Source: a virus (Duplodnaviria > Caudoviricetes). Taken from it: a stretch of 64,000 nucleotides of DNA. The notes under the pieces were generated by a model that was given only the letters and a program-made list of their open reading frames with translations, was not told where the DNA came from and did not search any database. This document shows positions 43,027 to 55,400 of this stretch, piece by piece; position 1 is the first letter of the stretch; every line of letters begins with the position of its first letter. The position numbers and the translations under genes were made by a program. The stretch lies in the IMG/VR virus record IMGVR_UViG_3300011335_000278, positions 3,447-67,446 of that record. One strand, written 5' to 3'.

Positions 43027-43047
43027 TATAGAAATGTATATTAATCA

Positions 43048-43413
43048 ATGCCTTACAAAGGGGGTTTTATGATACAACTTATTTTGCCTTATCCACCTAG
43101 TGTAAACCACTACTGGGGAGTGTCTGGAAAACAAAGATTTATTGGCAAAAAAGGGAAGATATTTAGAGCCGATGTTTTAGATGCCATGGTTGATTTTGGC
43201 GGCACTGAACTAACTGGCAGACTCTCTGTGCATGTGTCGTTGTTTCCACCTGATCGCAGGAAACGAGATCTAGACAATGTTTTAAAACCATTGTTAGATG
43301 CTTGCGAACATGCTGGTTGTTATGTAAATGACTCCCAAATAGATGAGTTGCACATTATCCGTCAAGACATTCGACCTAACGGATCTTGCACAATTATCAT
43401 CTTAGAAATTTAA
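43048..43413 (+). CDS. rusA: RusA-like Holliday junction resolvase; likely start 43069
   Basis: LPYPPSVNHYW...PPDRRKRDLDNVLKPLLDA...NDSQI. Confidence 0.9.
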   Translation: MPYKGGFMIQLILPYPPSVNHYWGVSGKQRFIGKKGKIFRADVLDAMVDFGGTELTGRLSVHVSLFPPDRRKRDLDNVLKPLLDACEHAGCYVNDSQIDELHIIRQDIRPNGSCTIIILEI

Positions 43414-46400
43414 AACCCAGCCTGTTTTCTTCTTTCTATAACATCTTTAAGGATGTTTTCTTTTGTTTGCTGGAATTCTAAAATCTTTTGCCTACGTTCA
43501 TCTGGCGTACCTGTTTGTTTAGACTCGCCATACATTCTAATAATGCGATTTATTTCTGCTAAACTTGCACCCACCCCTTGAGTGTAACCGTGCATTTCAA
43601 TTAACTTTTGATTTTCTTTAAGGAACTTCTCCGCTCTTTCGTGTTCTTGGCGTGTTGGCCCATGTAAGTTTTGGAAAGTTTTATATGCAGTATCAGTTTT
43701 AGATTTAAGGTCATAGAACAAGTCTTCCCTGCCTCTTTTTACATCTGCCATAACAAACCCACCATACAATGGATTGTCTTTGTCCTGCGGCGTTACACGA
43801 TCTCCGTTGAATATGTTTGAGCCATACATGGCTATAACGCCGGCTGATCCAAATAGTCCACGCACAATGTGGTCTGCTTGTATTGGAGAGAGCATTCTAT
43901 TATCAGTCAAAGGAATGCTAGTCAAAGCACTTATTATTTTTCCTAATTCAGAAGTTTTTTCATTGTATTGTTGTGCTGGAATTAAACCTTCTAAACCTTT
44001 TGGCGTTACTGTAGATCCTGTAAAGAAACTATAATCTAAACCAATTTCAACAAACGGCAATGCGCCAGACGGTATGGGTGTTGGCCCAAGGAATGCATCC
44101 ATGGCGGCTGTCATTAGTGCTGTACGCAACCGCCTGTTATCTACTTCATTCTTGGTGCCATCTTTAGTAACATAGTTGTATAGCATTTCTGGCACAGATT
44201 TGAAGAAGAAGCTGGCAGACGTATTCATTGGAATTTTAATATTTAATCCGGGAATATATATGTTGCGTAGCTTAGTTTGGTCATCTAACTTGTTGTATTC
44301 ATCATCATCACCCACCAACATACAATAAATCATTGTTGTGCCGGCTAACAGTGCGCCAGTTTTTAACATTTGGTTAAATAACTCTTCTCGTGTTTTGCCT
44401 TTAACTCCACCGCCACGCAATGTCTCTGCTAACACATCAATAGACACAGCGTATGCATTCATAAATGAAACATTTCTAGCTAAAAACTGTGCTTTTGCTG
44501 AACTACCTTTTTTAAGGAAGTCTATTACATCATTAGATTGAATTAACGCCTGCATTGGGTTGTTTGTTTCTTTTAAAACCTGTTTGTAAACACCAATACG
44601 CTGTGAATAATCAGATGCATCACCAACCTTATCAATAAGGTTTAATGTTTTTGCCCAAATTTTATCGTCAATTAAACCAAGTTTAATTTGCAATTCTTTT
44701 TGTGGAGATCTTGCCACTGATTGATAACCGCCAATGCCGTATGACTTTAACATATCTACAATTGGGTCATTAGGTAACAATGCTTGTACAAATCCTGCGT
44801 AAGCTTTTGCCCATAACGCAAATGGATTTTTTACTCCGCTAATCCATGCTGCAGCCGGCGCATCTTTAAATGCTTGTTTTAACTGAAAGTATCCTGAAAA
44901 TGTAATACTTCTTCGTAAAATGTTTGACGTAATTGCCAAAATGTCATTCATTGGAATAAATATATTTTCTAATCCAAGTACAGATTCAGCTATTAATGGA
45001 TCTTCAATTTTAACAATGCTCTTTTTACCATTAATTCGTACATTATATTTAACACCTGTTCGATCTTGTTTTTCACTTTGATATCGAACAATCTTACCGT
45101 TTGGTGATCTAACAGCGTATTCAGCCGTAATACGATTTGCAGCGTAATTTTTGATTGAATTGCGTGTCATCATAGCTATGTTGTTTAGCATATTATCTAT
45201 AATGTCATCAATTTCAGGCAATGTTTCTACATAATCTGCAATTACTTGATCCAATTCTGCCTGCGTTATTTCACCGGCATCAAATTTAGCTTTAGCCCTT
45301 TTAACTTTTGGAACTTCTCTAAACTCTTGTAGCTTGGCTATATTTGTTAAACCACGCACAGCTGTTTGTGTGGCTGGCTGTCTGGAAACAGAATGTATAT
45401 CATCATCCTCTTCCATAATTCGTTGCCAAGGAACATAATCTTTTATTTCTTTTAATCTATCAACTCTTTCCTGACCTAAATATCCAGAGAAGGCCGCCAT
45501 ATCTAACATGTTTTGGTTTACTTTTGTCCAGTTATCTAAGATAGCTCTTAATTCTGGATAATCATTTTCCATTTCTAAGAAATCGTCTATTGCTTCTTGG
45601 CTAAATCGTACCTTTACTCTTGCACGGAAGACATCTTCTAAATGAGCTTTTGCTGTTTCTAATTTGGCTAAAGTTTCTAAGTATTTTTCATCTACTACCG
45701 TTAGTAGTTCGTCTTGTAATTCTTGTATACGATTTTCTGCTGTTTCATATTCATTTAAGATACTTTGAGATCTGGCTGCCTCAAGGTAATCATTAATCAT
45801 ATTGGTAGCATCTTGCAATCCAATTTTTTTAACTAATTTAGATTTTTCCCGCATTACATTTGCCATTCCAAAATTTCTTCTTACCGCTTGGAACATTTGT
45901 GTGGCTTCATTAAACTCTAAAGCCCCACGGGCAATAACTTCTGTAGCTATATGGCCTGCATGAATAGCATTAATTAATGAAACATACGAAGTGGCTTGAC
46001 CTATGCTGTTGACTAACTGACCCCCATACTTTTTAATATCCGCCAGTTTTAATCCGGTACCAAAGAAAGTAGCTTTATTGCGGAAATTAACTAACGCACG
46101 TTCTGCGTTACTTGTCATGTTATTAATTGGCGCAATTGGATCTTTTCTTAATTCATCAAGCGCTTGTTTACCACCAGTAAGCATGTCTTGAACAGTGGGC
46201 GATTGGTTGGTTGGAGTATTTTTAACTCTGTTATGTTTAGCACGTTTTCTTCTGTAATTTTCATCTCCGGAAACCCGACTAAAGTAACCAGCAGTGCCAG
46301 CCCGTTTTTGTTCTTGGCGCTCCCTGTTAATTTCTGCTTGAGTTTTTACTTGAGCAGTTTGCAAAGATGGGAAGTTTACTGGCTCTGTACGACCAACATA

Positions 46401-49400
46401 CTGTTCGGCAGCGCTCAACAGCTCAACGATGTCTCCATCAGAAAAACTAATAGTAAGCCCTTGGCTTCTTAACCAATTGCGTATGGCTTGTATAACACGC
46501 TGTATTAGCCCTGTTTTGTACATGCCACGCTCTGCCATGTTGGCTACAATTTCTTTTGCCCTACGCTCCGGTGATAATCCGGGCTGTGTTTGATCTACTC
46601 TGGCAGCTATTCCTTTAACAAGACTAGAAGTCTTTTCTAAATTTTGTATATTTTTAATTAACACTGCCATTAGTTCTGGTCCCAACATCTCTTCTAAGAG
46701 AGCATGACCAATGGCTTCGTGGGCTAAAACTTGTTGTACTCGTTTTGCATTTGGTAAATTATCTGCAATTAAATATACAGTTCTACCTGATATCCACATT
46801 CCCTCTACATCAGACGGAGCAGTGTTGTCAGGCAACTCATCTACAGACTGTAAAACATTAACTGTAATTCCTTTTACAGGAACAACTTGTGCCTGAACTG
46901 CCTCAACACTTTGTCCACCTTCGGCAACAGTGCGTGATGCTAAACCTTTTTTAGTCTCACTGTTATCAAATTCAACTTTCATTACTTCACGAGCAAACGG
47001 CGCATTATCTGCTTCTACTGTTGCTGGAAAATTTTTATGTAAAAACTTTATTAATTTTATTAATTTTTCTGGATCTTTTAAAGAATAACCGGGACCCATT
47101 TCCCATTTTCCTTTTCCTTTTTTAGAAAGATCAGGACCCGGAATTAAAGTTTTAAGTATTGGATTTGTTACAAATTTCTTTGGCACATCTCCTGCAATCG
47201 TAACTTTAAAATTGTCCGGTGTATACGGATCAATTCGTAATTCCCATGTTTGTGCTGATCCGCGCAATATGACAGCGTTTGATGGCCTTGCTTCTGCTTT
47301 GTCAGCAAAACTTGGTAAATTAGGAATCATTAAAGGTTGCAAACTATTACTTAAGTCTTTATACAATTCAACTTGAGAAGTGTCATATCTTTTTTGTAAT
47401 ATTGCATCCCAAACAGCTAACAAATATTGTGCGGCAGATTCTTGATTTCTTAATCGAATTGGTTGTTCGCTAATTGCAACTGGTACATATTTAGCTGGCA
47501 TAACCACGCCTGATATTGCTTCTTTAGTATTGTTTAATGTAAATTTAGCAATTTCACCGCCATTTGGGCCAAATAATTGGGCAGCTTTTAATATGTTTCC
47601 TAAAGCTATATATCTTGTTGTTCTTCCACCAGTTACGGACTTTAATGCAAACCATTCGTCCAAAGGAGGATTTCTCCATGGGCCACTTTGTTGAATTGAT
47701 GAGCCTTCTAATGTTGCTAAAGTTGGGGATACTCTACCTTCAGGAATATTCCGTTTAATAATAACTTGAAAGTTTGATGGTGAATAAGGATTTCCAGTTT
47801 TTGATTTTCCTATTCGTGCTTTATCTACTTTCAATCCAATAACTACAGCAGCAGCTGGAACATTGTTAACTTCAAACGATTCAAATCCATTACCTATGGC
47901 ATACACGTTTTTTAATGCCGACAAAGTTTTTTCTTTACGGTCATTTAAAGTAGCAAATTGTGTATCTAATGCAGTTTTTTGTTTGTTTAATTCTGCTATA
48001 TCTTTTTCAGTTGCTGCTGGATTTTTTATAGCCTCATCAAGTGCTTGTTGTTTAAGAACAATTTGATTACGCACTTCAATATAAACCGTACTTAAATCTG
48101 TTTCTATTTCATTAACAACGTCTTGCGCTGTTCTGCCGTTTAATGCAAGAGCTATATCATCTTTTATATTTTGTACAGTAGGTATAGAACCAATAATGTC
48201 TACGTTAAACTGTGCCATTACAACATCGGTTAAAAATGGGTTTGTGCTATCTAAACCTTCTTCAATTAAATTTTCTTTAATTATTTCTGCTTCTAACGGC
48301 AACACCCTACGTTCTAAAGCATTTGTTCCTGTAGCATTTCTTAAATCTATTTCTGCTATATAGCTGGCCTCAATAGAATCAAAAAATTCTTTTTGGTCTA
48401 CTGATGATAATAACCCTGCTGTTCCTGATGCTGTATGCGCCAAATCGGTTCCAGCTGCTTCTGCTGGATCTGGGTATTGGGTTACATTTAAAAATGCTTG
48501 TATATCTGGATGTTCATTTAAGTATTCCGCTGTTGATACATCGCCGTACATATTAATAAAATCTACGCCGTCAACTTTTGTACTACTAGATCCGCCAGAC
48601 GTATTTGATTTTAAACTAGACAATTTTTTACGCAACATGGCTAAAATTCGTCTTTCAGCTGGTATTCCAGTTGCTAACATAGTAAATGAAGGCCATTCTA
48701 CTTGGCCTGTTCTATGTATTCTGCCTAATAATTGAATAAAAACACTAATGTCCCCATGTGGTTGCAATACAATCATGTGCCGTGGGCGTTGATCAAATGC
48801 ATCTACTGAGGCATGTAACGATATACCTGTTGCGCCAGCTGAGTTAATTATTAATACATCAATTGGTCCTGTTTTAGATTCATCGCCATTTTGGAATGAC
48901 GAAATCATACTTGTGCGTTCAGGATTATCTAAAGTTATATATTTTGGTATATCTCCAGAATAATCTATTCCACTTTTTCTTCCTGTAATTTCTTTTACAA
49001 CCAAATGTCTTGCTTTAACCCCTTTAGGTGGCGTGTCACCAACATGTACTTTGCCATCAATAGTCCACACATACTTTTGTTCTAATTCTGTGCGTATGTA
49101 ATCAATTGGCGCAGCCGGCAAATCTGATTGAAAGTTTATAAGAGCATTTTCAACATTGTTATATCCAGCTCTAATTGATGGCGGCATTACATCATTAGGA
49201 ATATATACAACTTTATCCATTGATTTATCGCCAGTAGCAGATTTTAAAGTTACTTTTTTAGTAGAATTTACAGCACGTTTAATTAATGTTTGCCATCCAA
49301 AATCAGGAATGTCATCACCTTTTTTAATATTATTCTGTGTAACAAAATCTTCTAATGCGCTACCATTGGTATTTTGTAATCCCACAACTACTTTTTCATT

Positions 49401-52400
49401 GTTGTTTAGTTTTTCAACAACCATGTCCACAGCAGTTTGAGTTTTAGTTGATAGTAATAAAGATCCAATATAGTTATGAACAACAGATGTAAACGCATTA
49501 GCTTTTACTTGATTAAATGCTGTTGGTCCAACTTTGCCAATATACGATCCCGGAGGGCCTAATTTAACTATTTCAGCTTGGCCTGCAGGAGTTTTCATCC
49601 ATTCTTTTAAAGCTCGATCTGCGTTAACTAAAGCTCTTAATATTTCTGTAACTTTGTCAACTTCTCTTGTATCTCTTGCAGTATTTTTATCATCAATTAC
49701 AAAGTCCATTGTTACGCCTTCATACGATCTTTCTCGGCGTATCATTGAACCAGATTCTACTAACATTTCTGAAGACACCTGTTGCAACACATCAGTTCTT
49801 ACGCCTTTACCAAACAAAGCGGTTAAATCTTCTGGAGTGTCGGCGGCATAACGTAAATTTGTATGGATATACAACGGCATATTATCTGGACGTTTTGCAA
49901 ATGTAGCAGACAAATAAACCGTTGGCGGTGGTTGCCAATCATCGGGAGCATCTTGGCCTTTACCTAACAAATCTTTACCTGTTAACAAAGACATAAAGAA
50001 AGCATTTTGACCAGTTGATTCTTTGTCGGCTGGTGATCCGGCAGCGTTATGGGCTTCATCCATAATTAATACAGCATCACCGCTTGCAACTAAAGATGCT
50101 ATTGCTGATTGTCTTGGTGGAGATCCTGTGCCGCCATTTAATTGCGAATATGTTGTAAATAAAACATCTTTACCCGGTGGTAATTTTTTATTTTTTGTTA
50201 TATATTCAACTAATTTTTTACTATCGCCTTCTTTATTTTTAAATACTGATTGTGTTTTGCCTTCCCCAATGTCTTTAATTATTTCTGAATCTGTGTTGGT
50301 CATGGCAACTTTAATATCTCCGTGACCAATATTAATTAAATCTGCATACATTGCAGTGTATAAAGAATCACTAAGAGTAACAAATACGGGAACTTTTCCT
50401 TGTTTTTTTGCCCAAACAATCATGGCTGCCGCTGTTCTGCCTTTGCCTACGCCAGTGTCATCGCCAATAATAAAACCTTTGCCAAGTTTATTGGCTTGAA
50501 TTGCTAACGCTAATGCGTCAATTTGGTAGCCGGCAAGACCTTTTGCCATTTGGTCTACAGATGAATAACCTAATTCTTGGGCAACAAATTCATCTATGTT
50601 ACCAACTTGCGCCTCTAAATTTTCCAACGCTGTATAAGCATGCTGTGATTGCGCACGGGGCAAGTAAATACCATCGCTTGCAAATCTTGATTTGCCTAAA
50701 TAAACAACTCGTGATTCTGTATCAATTGGCTCACTTTGTACTGGTGTTTGATTTTTAGGTCTTCTTTTTACTGTTGTTCTAAGCCCATTAATATATTGGC
50801 GTAAATGAACTTTAATTAAATCACCAAATTTACTAACTAATAAATCATAAACTTTGTTAATGCGTTCTTTTGTATCTTTAATTTTTTGTCCAACAGCTTC
50901 CCAAACTTTTTGAATAATTGGTTGTACGTTAGCATAATCTTGATCACCTTTTCTAGAATAAAGCCCACTGTTAGGATCATTGCTAGTATTTTTTGTATTT
51001 TGAGCAATACGATCCATTGCTTCTTGAGATTGTTTGTCTAAACGCTCTTGGCTATCTTCTAAAGTTGGTTCTTTATTTGTTACTTCTGGCGCTTTACCGT
51101 TTAATGCAGCATCTAAATCATCAAGCAAACTTTCAAGTCCTAAACCTTCTAATTCTTTTGGAATAACTGTTTTAACTCTAACTTTTTGACCTTTAGGCGC
51201 TCTTGGTCCGCTAACAACTTTAGGTTCTCCTTTAGGTGTTGTTGTTCCTGTTTTTGGTTTTTTTCCTAAATTGTCAAATATATCGTCTAAATCTAGGTCA
51301 GAAAGTCCTCCCAGTTCATCTCCTGATTCTCCACTTGATACCTCGCCTCTTCCGGTGGTGCCGGCTGCGCCACTTCCGGATCCCCCTCGTTGACCTTCTC
51401 CGCTATCCTGCTGCTGTTCTGTATCACGAACTCCACCAGCTGTTCCACGTCCTCCGGATTTGGGAGGTATGTTGACCCCTCCTGTCGGAGATACTGGTTC
51501 GCCGATGCCAGCGCCCGTTCCAGTCCCCACTCCTCCGCTAGTTTCGACATCTTCAAAACTATCGCTTGTTGGTACTCTTCCGGTTGTTGTATCTGCACCG
51601 CCAGTAGGTTTCCGTGTTTTTCCGGTACCCACCACGACTTGTTCGCTACGATCACTGGCTTGAACATATCTGCTCCATAATTCATCAAATGATGTTAATC
51701 TATTAACCGCAAAATCATTTGGATATACATTGTCCGTTTGATTTCTACCGGCAATAACTAAGACACGCAACGGAAAAGACGCACCTTGTTTACGATATAA
51801 ATTTCCAGCAATTTCAAAATGGTCAGCAACATTATAGTTACCATATAACCAATTTAAAAATATTTTATCTGTTGATGTAATAGTATTTAATTTAGGATGC
51901 GATCCTAATATTAAAAAAGCTCTACCATTATTTGCCATTGTTCTTAATGATTCAGCAGCAATTAATTGATCTAATGCACCAATTTTGTAAGGTTGACCTG
52001 TCCAAGACATAACATCTACAGGAGATGGCAATGATCCAAATGGTGGATTTGCAAGAACTACATCTACTTGTTGATCTTGTATATCTTTTATTTTTACTAA
52101 TACATCGCCTTCTATTACATCACCCATTTGCATTAACTGTAAATTATTAACACGGTGTTCATCTTTTTCTATTGTGGTTACATTTTTAGGGTTAGCCGTA
52201 ACTACCAACATTCCATTTCCGCCAGTTGGGTCTAATACTGTAGTAGTAGATTTAACACGAGACAACATGCCGGCAATAAATCCAATTGGCAAAGGAGTAG
52301 AGTAGGCATTATTAGTTTTACTTAATATAGTTTGAACATCTAATACAGGTTGATTTTGATACAAGTTAACAATGTAATCATAAATAGCTTTAGTATCTGA

Positions 52401-55400
52401 TCCTTCTGCCCGCATATCAGTAATAACTTGACTAACAAACCTTGTTGCTGCTGCCTCAAAATCTTCTTGAGTTTGTTTTAATTTAATCCGATCACCTTCA
52501 AAATCGGCAATTTTATAACTGTCTATTTGTTTTTGGTCTTTAGCAGGGTTAAATCCCAATAGTTCAGGTGATTGTAAGTACGCTTTTATGCCATATTCAG
52601 CTAATTCACGGTTGTTCTTAGGCCACCATCCTTGACGCATATGGTAAAACATAGATTCAGCCATTGAACCATTTTTAATTTCAGGCCATTTAAACAAGCC
52701 CATTTCTTCCATAATGGCATCAATCCGTTGTGCCATATTGATAATGTGTTGGTTTACTTTGCTAATTTGAATTAATCGTGGCGTTAATATTTCTTCTCTG
52801 CCATCACGTTCTTCTTTAGCTTGTTGTGCTTCTGCTTCAGTTTTAAACCAATTTAAACCACCAGCTTGCCCACGATCAATATAAAACTGATCAACTACTG
52901 CATAGCCTAAATCTTCTACATAAATAATTTGATTTTCTAATTTGTATGTTTTTACTTCTAAAGTATCGGGATCAATTTGATCCAACATCTGTTGATATAT
53001 TTCATTAATTTGAGCACGTTCTTTACCGGCTGGGTAAGAAGTTCCAGCATACCCATTCTTTTTAGATACATATCCATCTGCAACTGTTGGGCCAACAAGG
53101 TATGGGGAGCCGCCTTTTGACAAATCAAATATTAAAGATTCAAAAGCCCTAGACAACATTTCTACTGGAGTACTCCAATATTTTGGATCTCTACCTTGGT
53201 CTAATGCATACGCATCTTTAAAATATTGCGTGTAAACAAATGAATCATCATAAATATCTGCTTCATGGTAACGTCTATTTGAAATTGCATTAAAAAATGC
53301 TTTTTTAGGCGGAATGTTACGGTTGTTTTCACTATTTGATGTATTAGTTAATATATCCCGTAAATTATTTTCTACTTTATCTACAGTTATAATTTTTTGT
53401 AACGCAGCTCCTGTATCAGTCATTAACAACTTGCCATTAGGAGTTTGTTTTAAATTCCAATCTAATCCGTGTTGCCATTCATGCCCTAATGAACCATCGC
53501 CTTTTGTTTTGGTTAAGTTTATTTCATTAAGAGATGGAAAATACCAAGCCGCAGTTTTACCGCCACGGCCTTGCGCACCTACTGCTAGTTTTAATTTTTG
53601 CCCCAATCCCAACATATGGGGTGATATACCGGCAATATCCGCTAGGTCATACATTGCATCGTAAATTGCATTTAAATGCGCTGCTCGTTCTGTTTGATTA
53701 ACCCAATTACCAAAATCAATACCACCCGGAAAAAATTTAAATGTTTCTAAAAAGTCTTGTACATCTACATCTCGTCCTTGCCGGTGATCACGCATGCCAC
53801 GGCGAATAATGTTACCTAACTCTGGTGGGCTTTCTGCATCTTTCTTAACAATTCTGTTTGTTTGATCAGTTGAATTTTCGTTAAGATTAAATAAAGAAAA
53901 TAATGTGTTTAAATAAATAGACATATTATTTTCAGTAATTTTGGTGCGTAAATTTAATCCATCTGGAGTGTATTTTTCAGCTCCTGTTAATTGCTCATCC
54001 TTAATATATTTTGTTTGTAATGCGTTAAACAACGGTGCAACATTAGAATTTTCAGTAAATACAGTTTGTAATTGTTCTAAAGTATTTACATACTCTGTTA
54101 ATACTTCTTTAATTAAATCTTCTTTACCTTCAGCTAATGCTAGTTTGATAACTTGACGCTTACCAGCTTTAGGTGGAATGTATATATTAAATCGTCCACC
54201 CTTTCTTGTTGGTAATGAAATTATTTCATACAAATAATCACCGGCTGACATAACTTTATCTATCAGCCCTTCTTTAAACATCATTGCACCAAACGTATTA
54301 TCTGGATTAGATTGAATGTCAAATATTTTGTCTTTACTTGCCAAATCTAACATTTTTGTTATTTGTGCATCTGTTGCATCTTTTGGCAATGGAGCTGCGG
54401 TAATTTGACCTTTACGATTTTTTACAAATTCTGCACCGCCACCTTCAATAGTTATTCTTTCAGGGTTAAATAATGCTGATATGGTAATTCTTTCAGGCCC
54501 TGTATATGCTGGATCATCTGTAGTTGCTGGAACAGATCGGTCAGTAATACGAAATTTGTTTGCAGTTAATTGTTCTTCTATTTTACTTAAAAAAGATAAT
54601 TCAACTGGAATACGCAATAACATTTCTTCTGGAAAAATAACAGGCAGTAAGTTTTCATCAACAGCGTGACCATATAACAGCGCTGCAACCTCATCTGCAT
54701 TGCCAGTTTCCATGGCAACCTTCATTGGGTTTGTATTAAACTCTTCTACTTTCTTTTTTTGTTCTTCAGCTTTCTTTTTCTTTTCGTCCGCAGCTTTTTT
54801 CTCTTCTTCTTTTTTAGCCTTCTCTTCTTCAATGGCTTTCTTTTCTTCTTCAGTTGGTTCTACTTTTGCTGGCTTTTTTGGCTTTTCTTCTTTTGGTTCT
54901 TCTAATGGCTTGCCTGCCGGTGCTGATGGACCGCCTGTTGGCTTTTCTTCTGTTGTGGTTTTTTTAACTTCTATTTCAAAACGCTGCCGAAGAAATTTTC
55001 CTTTGTCTACGGTATTTGCTTCTAAACTTTTACCTGTATGTAATATAGAATTAATTTGCCATGTTCTTCCTTCGTATTGAAATTTATCTCTTAGATTGTA
55101 TTTTCCTGCTGGTAATTTAGGTAATACCTTTTCTTTCGGTTCTTTTTTAGGCATTGCCAAAATTTGATCAGGCGTAAAGTTTGCAATCTGTTCAATATCT
55201 TTTAATAAAATTGGTTTGTCTGTATCTTGATCGTGGAAGCCGTATAAAATTTCACCGTTTGCGTGTCGGCTTTCAGCGTCTTCTCTTGATGTTACTTCTT
55301 GCCCATTGTCAATTATGTCTTTTAAAGTATATATGGGTTCTTCTACAGGTTCTGCTACTCCTGCTGGCGGTAAAGGTTCTTCAGCTTTTTCAGCTTTAAT

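Noticed and set aside
27412-43047. tRNA genes in the intergenic gaps
   Set aside because: I found no cloverleaf with TTCGA T-loop and acceptor stem by eye; tRNAscan-SE or ARAGORN would settle it.
46135-46270. Second possible nested +1-frame ORF (38 aa, MKITEENV...) in the giant gene
   Set aside because: It is short, GGAG is directly adjacent to the ATG with no spacing, and there is no sustained compositional anomaly.
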